Assembly (NCBI GenBank): GCA_044892525.1
Contig: CM097888.1
Location: 17,112,001-17,176,000, forward strand
Origin: Schmidtea polychroa
Taxonomy: Eukaryota
Direction: 5' to 3'
Length of the DNA: 64,000 bases
The stretch's first letter is position 1; each line of letters opens with the position of its first letter. The notes below the pieces were generated by a model. That model was not told where the DNA came from. It saw only the letters and a program-made list of their open reading frames with translations, and did not search any database. Of the stretch, positions 41,855 to 54,900 are shown piece by piece. The translations under genes were made by a program, and so were the position numbers.

Positions 41855-42568
41855 TGTCGAACCCATATCTTACGCACGCCCATATCTTACGCAAAAATTT
41901 TTTTATTCTACACAAAGAAACAAAAAGCAATAAAAACACCAAAATATTATATAAAAAGCAATTAAATAATGAAATTTAATTATTGTTTTTCTAAATTATC
42001 TTTTTCAGCCTATTTTTACAAACCACCATGTGATTTTCTTCATTCAAATCCGATTTTAATCTAAAAGACTCGTTTCCAACTCTTTCTACTATTATCCAAC
42101 TTCCTTCTTCATAAAAATCTTCCAATTTTCTTTTTCTTGTTTCTGTGTTTGCATCAAAAGATTTCTTAACCAAGACACGCTCTCCAGGATTAAAAGTAAT
42201 AGAATGATAGTGAACATCTGCATCACTCACCATTCTTCTGGTATATCTGTTTCGATAATTTTGGTCAACCAGGCTTTCTCGAATAATTTCACTATTTGAT
42301 TCAGATTTTTATGAAGAAGGAAGTTGGATAATAGTAGAAAGAGTTGGAAACGAGTCTTTTAGATTAAAATCGGATTTGAATGAAGAAAATCACATGGTGG
42401 TTTGTAAAAATAGGCTGAAAAAGATAATTTAGAAAAACAATAATTAAATTTCATTATTTAATTGCTTTTTATATAATATTTTGGTGTTTTTATTGCTTTT
42501 TGTTTCTTTGTGTAGAATAAAAAAATTTTTGCGTAAGATATGGGCGTGCGTAAGATATGGGTTCGACA
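41855..42568. mobile_element. 714-bp fold-back element, Ginger-like: 266-bp inverted arms carrying the 3' end of an integrase ORF
   Basis: 41855-42120 is the reverse complement of 42303-42568. Ends are TGT...ACA with a 5-bp TSD ATAAA. ORF 41991-42233 (FNPGERVLVKK...YEEGSWIIVERVG) resembles an integrase C-terminal domain. Confidence 0.8.
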
Positions 42569-43644
42569 ATAAATAATATGATATAAATTTATAGATGAAT
42601 CCAACTTACTGTGGATATAAATGAAATTCTGAAAGAACTAGGTTTATTTCCTTATCCTAATAAAAATATTTTATCAATTAATTTAAAGAATGCTCATATT
42701 CTGTTTTATTAGTTGGTTCAATATTGAATAAATTTCTTTGTTTAGAACTTCGCCAACTAAGTAATTGATAATGATAATTAAAATGAAAAAATTAATACAA
42801 ATTTGTTGATATTAATAGAATTTGTCCTCAGAATAAAATCTTAAAATTAANNNNNNNNNNNNNNNNNNNNNNNNNNNNNNNNNNNNNNNNNNNNNNNNNN
42901 NNNNNNNNNNNNNNNNNNNNNNNNNNNNNNNNNNNNNNNNNNNNNNNNNNNNNNNNNNNNNNNNNNNNNNNNNNNNNNNNNNNNNNNNNNNNNNNNNNNN
43001 NNNNNNNNNNNNNNNNNNNNNNTCAGTGAGAAAACTAACGGATATTAAAAACATTATTTTGTAAATTAAATATAATAGGGTTGGGGGTCCTCTTTATCCC
43101 TTAATTAATATGTATTTACAAGCTAATCGTCATTGTGGGCGGTTTTAATCCAACTAGTGGGAGGCCTCTGTAAATATATATTGTTGTTAGTGAATACATT
43201 AATTAATTTGGTTATAGTGCCAATAACACATTGTCATGCTCGCACATTTCTAATGTATTTTTAATACGTTTCGAATGTGCTGGTAGTTGACTATCCTGAC
43301 ATGCTAGGCGTAATGTTCTGTACGAAGAACTATGATGCCCAGGTTCTTCTGATCCCACTTGGGGAGGCACAGACGACCCTTGTGGATGCGAAAAAATATC
43401 CAGGCACAGATATTTGGTCACTGCTCCTTAGGCCTGGTAATACTAAATGAATAAACTTTGCCTTGGCCTCTCTTGTCTTGATTTTTTTAATCGTTTAAAT
43501 AATTATTAATAATTATATAAATAGTATGAGGGTTTAAAGTTTTACATGTTTTAAGCTCAAAATACATTTTTTATTTACTCAAAATTGACATAAAATTCCT
43601 TAAAATTTTACCCTTAATTGTTGACGAATTTCTATAGGTTAAGG

Positions 43645-44103
43645 CATGGTTGGGGAACCTTTTTATTTCCATGGGCCACATTGAAATTTGTCGCCTCCAA
43701 ATGGGGCCGCAGCCAAATAGTATCTTAACATTAATTAATTTCATTTTAAATCTTTTGGTTATATACAGTTAGCAATTAAAACAATGTTTATAATCAGTCT
43801 CCAGATTTGAAAAATGCAGCTGTACGAAATATTCTGGAAAATGTTTATTATTTCTGAATCGAAAAATTGATGCAAATAAAATGCAAAAAAATGACGTTTT
43901 GTATTTATGGGTATGAATGATTGACTTTTATATTTCGTTCTTTGTACTCGGTGGGATGCTTGTACAGTACGGTATATATATATATATATACAGTTCAGTA
44001 GTTAAAAGTATTTTTATTTGTAAATTCTCAAAATTCATGGTGTTTTATATAAATTAAGATTTATTTCGATAAGGCTCCGGAGGCCGCAGGTTCCCCACTC
44101 CTG
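43645..44103. mobile_element. hAT-type MITE
   Basis: TIRs CATGGTTGGGGAACCT / AGGTTCCCCACTCCTG and a degenerate 8-bp TSD GGTTAAGG/AGTTAGGG. Confidence 0.75.
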
Positions 44104-46167
44104 AGTTAGGGAATATCACCAATAGATAGAGATAACGATTGAATTTCTCAGGATTTTAATCCTTGTTTAGTTTTAATATGAGAATAGGTTTTCTTAAGTA
44201 TTGATTAATAATTTATATTTTTTAAATGTGTATGTAAAAGTTGGCTGAAAAAGACATTGGTTTAGGTGTTTTGAGTGTGAATAAATAATGATGTCATTTT
44301 ATAGAGTTTTAAATTCTATTTATATATTGTTTGAGTTGACAATTATTCTCATTTACCACTCATTATTTTCAAAAAATTATAAAAACTTCATTTATTATAA
44401 CTATAAATCTTAATTTTTTAAAATAGATTAAAATTAAACTTACAAAGTTTTTAAATTATGTTTTTTAAATAATATTTAAGATATAAAAATCATAAGTTTT
44501 ATTAAATTTTAGAATTTTAAATTAACAGGTTATTCAAATTAATTATGAATTAGTTTCAGAAATTAGTAGGTTTTAGTAGTGCATTAACAGATTATCAATT
44601 TATAGAATATTGAGAAACACAGTTGAGAAATGAAAAAAACCTTTAAAAAAAATAATATATTTATCAATAAAATTTATTATTTTCAATAATAATTTATTTT
44701 TAAGTTTATAAAACCGAGAGAAATTTTATTTAATGATATTTACTGTGACAAACAGAATTGATATAAATATTTAATACCCTAATATAAAATTGTTACATGC
44801 CCCAAATAAAAAACACTATAATAAAAATATGAACAGTTTTGCGTACAGTGCTAACACATATAGTTAACTAGTCATCGGTATGTTATTACTTTGCTGCAAT
44901 ACTTTTATAATCTTGTTACAATTTGCTTAAATATTTTACAATTGTTGAAATTTTTCCAAAATTTGTTATTACTTTGTTGGAAATTGATGAAAAATGTTAA
45001 TACTTTGTTGTAATTTAATGAAAGGTTTCATAATTTTGTATTAATTTAGTGTAAAATATTTATTAAATTGCTGCCATTCACAGAAATAATTTCCCACTTT
45101 ATTGCAACTTAATGAATACTTTATAACATTATTGTAATTTATTGAAATATTTCGTTATTGTAATATTTTTATTAATTTTGTAACCATTAATTGAAATAAT
45201 TTATTATTTTGCAATAATTAGTGATTGAATATAGTTTAAAATACTGTAATAGAAGTTATAATTTTATGATGTACTCAATTTTACAGTTTTGATATTACTC
45301 ATACGCAATAAAAATGCAATATCAATGTATGATTTTTATTGGTTGGTATGTGCTTAACCTCAATGACTTGTATGTATTGAATAATATTAATTTGGAAAGT
45401 ACATGGATCTGGATTTTACAATACTATCTACTCATCTGCAATCAAATGTTGCAATACGGTGTTCCTAAGCAGCCGGTAAAAACCTGAGTAAAACCCTTCG
45501 AAATGAGCAATTGTTCACAGAAATACAGTGTCATGAACTTTCAATAATCAACTTTGATCCACCGGTGGCCTGCTTTTAAAGTCAATTTAATATATTAAAA
45601 AATTTGAAAGATTTTGTGAAAAATTATTAAGAATCGTTAAAATTAAATAATTTTGATTTGACCTACATTGATCCATCTGTGGCCTGTTTATAAAAGTCGA
45701 TTTAATTAAACTATATAGTGTGTGTTTGACCTACTTATTTATTAATAAAACTATGTAGATTTTGTGTATGTGTTTATTAAAACCAGTGGTGGCCAATCCA
45801 TCTACTCTAANNNNNNNNNNNNNNNNNNNNNNNNNNNNNNNNNNNNNNNNNNNNNNNNNNNNNNNNNNNNNNNNNNNNNNNNNNNNNNNNNNNNNNNNNN
45901 NNNNNNNNNNNNNNNNNNNNNNNNNNNNNNNNNNNNNNNNNNNNNNNNNNNNNNNNNNNNNNNNNNNNNNNNNNNNNNNNNNNNNNNNNNNNNNNNNNNN
46001 NNNNNNNNNNNNNNNNNNNNNNNNNNNNCATGTTTCTAACAGTCACAAATTGACAATGATGTATAGTGGCAGTTAATATTAATTAGCATGATAATTGAAT
46101 TGTAAACATTTAAAATTGGTTGATTTGATATAAACAAATTAATTTATTTAATATTACGAACAAAACT

Positions 46168-49100
46168 ATGGCACACTGGAGATACAAATTGTCAGACTGT
46201 TTCAATGATAAAAGCACTTGCATTTTGTCATTTTTTGCTCCTTGTTATGTTTTTGGGAAGATAGCAGAACAGATTCCTAAAAGTCCAATCTTGTATGGAA
46301 TGAGTTTGTGCAGTCCATTCATTTGTTGTACTTATCCCTATGTACGAAAAATGATACGAGAAAGACAAGTAAGTCATTGTTTCATTCTAAACAAAACAAA
46401 TTTTTGACTTAATTAGAATCGAATTTTAATTTCTTTATATTCTTGAAATTTAAATGTTACTTTTTTGGTAAGTATAAAAATGCAAATTCTGAGTTTATTT
46501 ATTCTTGTAAGGCTATAAATAGTCCTAACTTATCTTTTAATATTTTTATAATATAAATGTGTATTATCTTAAAATTTATGTAAATATTGATGACAATGTG
46601 TCATATATTAAACAATTACAGATGATGTTTCCTGAATTTACAGTAAATTTGAGTGTCTTCATTATCGGTACTATAATATCGCGCATCCCAGAATCATTGA
46701 AAATTGTAAATGGTTATCCATTAACTGTAACTAATTTAACGCAGGCATCAATGAAACATTTTGATGGCATATTAATTTTGATTAAATTACAATAATATTC
46801 AATGGAAACTAAGTTTTCATCTTCCATTTTCAGTTTTTTAATGGTTTCAGATGTAGATGGTTGACTATTCATCCTTTTAGTAATAGTTCGTTGTTCATCA
46901 GGATGTTTTTGTTTGATATGGTGACCTAGATCTTTGACAAGGATTATAGATTTAAAATAAAGCGACTAATAAGATGGCTGATTGATCATCTCAAAACCTT
47001 CCGAATTTTATGTAAATGAGAAACTCTCACAGTAGCCGAAATGGTAGTAATAGTAGGATCATTTTGCGAATGCAGTGTCATCGTTACTGGAAGAAGTGAT
47101 TCCTTCTCCTTCTAATTTTAGTTCCCTTTTTTTCAAGATAGAACATTTATTGGTGATTGACCAGCACTATTATTTTATTCCGTATTTTACATATATACCT
47201 TTTCCTTTAAATAAGATGGCACAAAAGAACAATCAATTAAAACCGTGCTTCTCTTGTTTGGATAAAAATGAGTTTATCCGAACATTGCAGGAGACAATTC
47301 GACTGGAAGAAACATGGTTCACTCCCGTACAGATGAAAAAAGCACGCAGAAGATGCATCGACTCGATGACTGGTGCGACAACCTAATCAAAGAAAGTAGT
47401 GCCCAGCGCACTTTAATACAAGAGCAGCCACATGTCCTGTACTATGTTTACACCAAGAGTGAGCTGCAACATGAAGTTTAAAATCTGCCGTTTGCTGAAA
47501 TGGTCAATATGATCCCAGCCCATTATCTGGCTAGTAGATAGATCAGTGTTGTTCAAATTTTTTTGAGCCACGGCACACTTGGCTGAATTAAAAATTTTCG
47601 CGGCACACCTAAATTTTTTTTTGCACTTTTACTAATCTTTTAATAAGAAATGAAAAACTTATAAACTAAAAAATATTATTATTTAATATTTAAGATTCTA
47701 AATAACCATAATTAAGCTTCTTACGTATTTTAGATAGTCAATATTTCTAGTAAGAAATATAAATATGATTGTAAACAAATATTTAAGGTATTTAAGGTCT
47801 CTGTATTTTTCCTACACGATATCCGAAATTAAAGTAAATTAAGGCAATATTTGAACAACAAATAATAGATATTTAATGTATAGTATGATATATTGTGAAG
47901 AATCAAGGTATTATAAGAAAATATGGTAAAAATTTAAAAATAAGTGAATTAAAGTAAATTAGTTAAAATATTTTAAAAAAATAAATAAATTTTAAAATAT
48001 TTTAAAGTAAATAAATAAATTATAGTAATAATTTCAAATTATGTAAATTAAAGTAATAATTTAAAATTTATGGTCAAATACCGATAACCACTGAGAAATT
48101 TAAAGAAATTTTAAATGCAAATTTTTTATGAATTAATTTTTAAAGGATATTTTTAAAGCATAGTTTTATGAAATAAATTTTTATGAATAATTATAATAAT
48201 AATAATTCAACTAACTATCAAGTATTTACAACAACGTACAAATAAACACATAAAAATAATAACAATTAAAGACAAAATTATAAGACCGTTTATCACATAT
48301 CACCACTGATTTCGTTTCAATTAACATTGTATTTATTAGGAAGCTTGACTATGAATTAGTAAATATTGTCTATGTTTTTGATATTCACGATTTTTCGGCA
48401 CTGCCTTTTTTAAGTGAATTTGACAAAATAAAGATACAAAGTTTATTCTTCATCACATATTTGCTTATAATAAGCTTTTCATATTTCAGCTAGTAGAATG
48501 TGTACTATTTCTTTTTTCTTATATTCTTGACGGCATTTACATCTAAAAAAACAAGTTAACTTTGAAGGATTTGTACAAACCACACAATCCTCTAGACATT
48601 TCAACCAACTGCCGAGCGCCAACTAAGTATTTACAAGCGAGTACCAACAACCAGCTACCAAGTAATAATAACTAGCTTCCAATTACTAAGTATTTAAAAC
48701 CACGTACCCACCACTAAGTACTTACAACCAAATACCAACAACTAGGTACTAACGACCACGTAAACACAACTACGTATTTACAACCAATTACTAACAACCA
48801 GGTACCAACTACTACACACAAAGTACTAACACCCACTACCCACAACAAGTTACCAATAACCAACAACCAGTTACTAACCACTAAATTTTTACAACCAAGT
48901 ATTAATAACTAGCTACCAACTACTAAGTACGCAACCCTTTCTATTCACTAATCATTATATATACATTAAATCCTGTGCACAATAACAAATTAACCAACTA
49001 AACATGTTATTTCTTCAGTGTAATTTTCAAATGTTTTTTAAATAAATAAATAATTTTTTTTATTTGTGTTAGAATTCAAAAATATTTTTAACTAAATTAC

Positions 49101-51012
49101 AATTAGTAGTTATGAAAACTTTTTCTGATTAAGTAAAATGTATAGTCTAAATTTAACAAAAATGATGATGGAAATTAATAGTAAAAATTAAGTAAAATAA
49201 TTTAATATTTCAGAATTACAACAAAAGACATAAAATTCAAATATAGAATTCAAATTTTTATTCACAAAAGATCTGCTTAACTTTCTTCCTTGAAATGACT
49301 ACTAACACTAAATAAAATAATGTTAATCAAGGACAAATTATTTTAAAATTTTCTATTACAAAATATGAATTAAAATCAATGAGTCTTTGAATAAACTTTT
49401 TAACTGGTTAATTAATTTGTCAAGACTTAAAATAAATAAATTTATTAAATTTAGAATACATTAGATAATACTTTAAATAAATTCACGGGATGACCTTTTC
49501 CTTAAACATGACCGAAAATCATTTTTTGACGAGCTTTTGGCTGAAGCTGTAGTTGACACTTTGTAATTGCATATTTTATGTATTTTGTGTTAGGATTTTT
49601 TTATAGAAGTATTCGTTGAATTTCCCTATTTTATTTGAATTATTATCTCTTAATTTTCAGTAATCATTAGTTTCGAACCTGTTAGGAAATCGTTAATAAT
49701 TACCCATAAATGAATTGGTAATTTTTGCTATGATTCAACAAACCGAACTCTGATTTATTATCGTATCATCGCTATTCAATTTTTTCTTGTTGATTTAAGC
49801 TCTTTTTCGGCAGTCCAGAACCCGTATAGAAGGCACAATGAGCAGTTTTAGTAATAACGCTCACCTACTCATTAGCTTTCGATTATTATGTACACTACCA
49901 ACATAGTTATTACCGTGGGTAGATAGATAGAATTGGAAATAATCATGAAAGCGTTTGAAGAGATGTTTCCCCAAGTAAACAGTTGACCACATGTATTTAA
50001 CTTCATCTTTAACCTTCCAAAAACACCAACAAATACAATAATTGATAAATGGATAAATTTATGGCACCCAGTAGTGTACCCAACTAGTTTTAAATGAATT
50101 TATCATATTTAAAATATACACCCATTCCCACATTTACACTGTAAATTTATTCTGCAAAAAAACCGTGTAAATCGAAATTGTGAAAAAAAAATAAAAAATC
50201 ATGTAAAACGAAACAGTTTAAATAAAATTCTTAATTTAACGGTTTTTTAATACTTTATTTATTTCAACGTAAAATATAATCAATAATTGAGTAATATCAA
50301 ATAAAACTTTAAAAAATTAATTTCATTGATCACAAAACTTAAAAGAAAAAGAAAAGGTTAATAATTCATGTTTAAAGTTAAAAAAATCATTTCAAAGATT
50401 AAATCACTATTATCAGTGAGTTTCTTTTGGCATTTAAGGCCTATAAAAGATTTTCCCTTAATTGAAAAACTACTGCAAAAATATAATTTACTACGTACTT
50501 AGAGTTATAAGATAACGCCAATCAAAAATTCTTTTCACGATATATTTCGACAGTTTTCCTGTCATCATCAGGTGGGATATAATAACTATGTAATTTATGG
50601 ATTTTAAACAAATTTATTAATTTTATAAAAGCTTTTTTATTTAATAAAAATATTTAATTATTTTTAAAATTAAATTAATATATTATTTTTTAAAAAATTT
50701 TAAACATTCAAACTTACAGTTGTTAAAGAAATTATAAAAATTTAATTTACAAAATAAACGAAAAAAGTCAGCTATTATCGATATTTAAATAACTTACACG
50801 AAACAGTTTTTAAGAAGTTAAAAAAATTACTTGACAAAAAATTTAAAAAACTTTTTTTTCAGAATATTGATGGCTCTTTTTGTGAAGACTGTGAAGTTTT
50901 CGTCTGTTTTTGTTGTTGTGGGATAGTTCAAATGAAGAGACAAGTTGACTATGCTAAACGCTGTAAATGTCGATCGATCGTGGGTAAATCTACCAATGTA
51001 GAGAGAGAATGA
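46168..51012 (+). CDS. PLAC8/cornifelin-family cysteine-rich protein, join(46168..46368,50863..51012), 116 aa
   Basis: Exon 1 WRYKLSDCFND..C..SFFAPC..FG..AE...R..IRERQ ends at a GTAAGT donor. Exon 2 follows TTTTTTTCAG and reads NIDGSFCEDC...CFCCCGIVQMKRQ. Both junctions are phase 0. Confidence 0.9.
46560..47000 (-). pseudogene. hAT transposase remnant in the PLAC8 intron
   Basis: The minus strand reads LGHHIKQKHP...ACVKLVTVNG*PFTIFNDSGMRDI (end of a BED finger and a hAT N-terminal motif). Confidence 0.65.
47216..47386 (+). CDS. 56-aa ORF with PCFSCxDKN...TWFxPxQMK motif
   Basis: Homologous to 33061-33297; ATG at 47216, within track ORF 47075-47386. Confidence 0.45.
   Translation: MAQKNNQLKPCFSCLDKNEFIRTLQETIRLEETWFTPVQMKKARRRCIDSMTGATT
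48600..48935. repeat. Degenerate ACCAACAACC/TACTAA minisatellite (similar sequence inverted at about 41262-41375)
   Basis: Recurring ACCAACAACC, CAACTA and AAGTA units. Confidence 0.7.
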
Positions 51013-51985
51013 AACTGATTTTAATAATAATGTACAAAAAAAATTGTTAGTAACTATTATTAAAATAATAAAATGATAATTTAAGCCTTTTGCTGCAAAT
51101 AATGTATTTAATGAAAGAATACATAACAATTTATCCATTAGTAGTCATGACTAATATGTCTCATTTGTGTCAGTCGAAAGTGTACAAGAATTTATAACAT
51201 TTATTAAAAAATAGGATACCAACGTTAATTTTTGTTAAATTTTGATAACCTTATCTTTAATATAGGAAGTGTGATTGGGGATGTCTTTTATAGGGTATCA
51301 AATGATGAACAATACTAGTCTGCTTTTTAGGTTTATTTCAAATATTTGTTGGTGAGGATCTTGTATTGATAAAAGGTAATATTTCCTTTGACAATTATTT
51401 CACATAAATAAAGGTTTCCTAAACATAGGTGTGAAAGTAATTAAATTGAAGAAGTATTTCATTTCCAGATTTAAATAGATTTAAATAATATAATTAAAGT
51501 AAATAATAAAATTATAAATTAAAATAATAAATTAAATATATTTAAGAATGATTGAAGATTAAAATATAGTTTTGTTTTGTTTTTAAAATATGGATGTGAT
51601 TAATTTAAGAAACCAAACTTCTAATAATAGGGATTACTCACATTACTTTAATTAAAAAATGAAAATATCTTTATTGTGGAAAATTTTATTAATTTTAGAT
51701 AATATCCCAGTTATCCACATAATTTGGAATTTACATATAAAAAAAATTCTTTTTTGTACTATCGACCAATATTTTATTTTATATTTACCATGAATTTTTA
51801 AGTATTTGAAAATTATTAAAATTAATAATAAAAAAAATTAATTCATAATAAAACTACAATATTATTATTAAAAAACATATTGAACTTAACACAATTGAAT
51901 GGATTTTGACAACTAACATCTTTCCATGATTAACAAAGACATAAAAATTAACCAAAACAAAATTTGAATATAAATACGTCGGTTT

Positions 51986-54900
51986 TTATTTCAGAGCCTC
52001 TTTACTCATTGATTCAACAATTTGTTGAGAAACCATAAATGAATCCAAACTTTCTGGTACTCTGAGAATTCTTACAATTTTTGATGTAATTTTTCCAACT
52101 TGCCGTCCAGTTATACAAACATAGAGATCATGCGCCTTAAGTAGTTCAATATCTTTAGCCCATTGAAGAACAGATGACAGCTGTCTATCATTTTCTTTAG
52201 CCGGTTCTGATTCCATGGGCTCTGAAAGAGTAATATTTTAGAGAATTCCAAAAATATGTAAACAATAGGAAAGGTTTATAAAATGTAAAATTTCCATTTT
52301 AATTTCAAATGAAATACACAAACCATTGTACCACAAAGCTAATATTCCTTTGTACAATAAACAGTTCCTTATCACCTGTAGCCTCCTAGAAACCGCTAGG
52401 ATCATACAATCAGGACGAAGCGCTGCAGTATTAAAAGCTGATCTAGAAAATAATCCGATAAAACATTTATAAAACTATATATTTCTAACACTCCCGTTTC
52501 TGTTAAAATAATAATCGCCTTCGTTTTGCTGTTATACGAAGCCTGTACTGCTGAGACACATGCGGACTCAGTATAGTCAATTATATCCCCGCTTGTTAGA
52601 ATATTTATATTGTTATAAATTGAATGATATAAAGTAAAGTTAGATGTAGTTGCTTCAGCTTCCAAACATATCTAGAATAATAATTAAAATATGATTAAAA
52701 TGTGATTCAAATTTCTATATGTTAAATATTAATTCGAACCAGTAAACAGAAACTTTACATTGAATTTTTCAAATCTATGTCATTTCTTAGCTTACCAGAC
52801 CAAATATTTACAAAATCCATTTAATTTTAAATACGAAATTTACTATAACTAATTATAATGACAAAATGATGTTGTTATTTTTATAATGCAATATTTCAAA
52901 ATTCAATCTGATATAAGCAGAAAAATATGGACATTATTATTTATTTATGGTATATTTAGTAAAGGCATGTAGATAGAACCAAATGATAACTGAAATGTAC
53001 ATTCAGATCGATCGATATTTATCAAAATTGCAAATGATAACAATTTTGTGATAATTGCGTTAGTAGATTTTCTACCATACTGCAAAACCTGTTACATGAA
53101 TGTGACCTACAAATTGTCGCTTATATTATATTCAAATTTGTAAATAGTTTGTTATATTGTATTTATTTATATAACTTCTAGTGAAATTCCAATTTTATGT
53201 TTATGAAAGGACTGATAAAAAAGTAATTAAAGGGAAAACGTAGATTCGGGATTAAGGAAAAATTTCAAATTATTTTTTATTTAGATAATCACGCAAATCG
53301 ATTTGATACATATTTTTTGCTGGTTTACAACTCTTGATTTTTATAAATTGATAAGAAAGTTTCTTCGTGTACGCTTTCAATGATAGTAAGGTAGCTTTTA
53401 AGGCTCTCAACATGCCTCATAGAATATCTTTTGTTGTTGGAACTGGATGAATTAAGTTGACCTCTTCTTCAACAGATAATTATTCACCGGATAAGTTGTA
53501 GTGGATTTGACTTAACTATATGATCGATATCCATTACTTAGGATGTCATCACGTTAATCAAAATAACTGTGAGCCTGTTTTTTACTTAATTTACATCCAC
53601 AAGTTAATTTCCATCCTTAAAAGCTAAAGTCTTCGGGGAAAGAAAATTGAAAAACAGTCCGGTTTCATCAGCATTGAAAATAACTCTTGGATCATTGTTT
53701 GAAATTAGAGTAGAAACATCCACCCACTTCCAATATTCAGCGATCTCCAAATCAACATAATTCCCAACGAACTGATCTATACACCACAGAGTGACTCTTC
53801 TTAAAACGATCTATCCAGCCATTTGATTGAGCCATTTAATCGAGGCGGAATATATAGGGCCTTACCCCTAATTAATGTACTGTAGACTGGTATATGAGCT
53901 GACAAATCATTCTTTCGGAATTTCTTTCATTTCATCATATTTTAAAGGTCGTATTTACATGCAATTTTTTTTGCCATGGGACCACATTGCATCGCACCTT
54001 TTTAAATTGGTTCCGGTATTTTTAATCTAAGTCAAAATAGTAATGTATATCCCCAAATCACGAGTGAGTGAAATGTGAACCAAATGGTTTTTCGCTTTAA
54101 TAAGAATGTTCCTTTTCTCTTGAATCAATAATATTTTTTGCTGGAACATTATTTGAAAGAATTTAACGAAAAATTAAAACTAAAAAAATGTAAATTAAAA
54201 CACGAAATACATCACAACTGAAAATTGAAATTGTACACCAAATTCCACTGAAATACAATTTCTATAACATAAGAAAAAAAGCAATAACATTATAATATAA
54301 AAATATGGTATGCGGACAGTCATAAAAAAACCAAATAAAAAAACCAATTTAACCAGGAATATGAATTTACTGCGAGTGCATGTAGCAATTCAAAAGCTAA
54401 ATAAAATATAAACATAAGCACAAAGTGTTATTGAATTCTAGTGAATCTAGTAACTTTTTAAATAGTAATATAAACACATAACAAGAAAATATCCTCAATA
54501 AAATTTTGGTCATGTTATCCCAAAAAGTGCTATCTACAGATGCGATAGATGAGCCATGGCACGCAAGTACCGCAGGATGTTGGCAGCCAAATATAGATTA
54601 ACTGCAGTAGGGTAACATGTGGACCCAGGAACAAATACATATGACGTCATCGATGGCGTAATAAATGCATATTACGTCACACCCCATAGGGAGGGGTATT
54701 CTTTAATTAAAAAAATTTTTAAGGTCAAATTACGGTCACAGAGAATTATGGGGTCAATATAAGGTCAAATAAGATCAGAAAGGTTTTGAAGAGCTCTATC
54801 TAATGGTCATACCCTCCAATACCTTCGAATATTTTCAAACATTNNNNNNNNNNNNNNNNNNNNNNNNNNNNNNNNNNNNNNNNNNNNNNNNNNNNNNNNN

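Noticed and set aside
50827-51138. 103-aa minus-strand ORF
   Set aside because: Antisense to PLAC8 exon 2, which has proper splice sites and family motifs.
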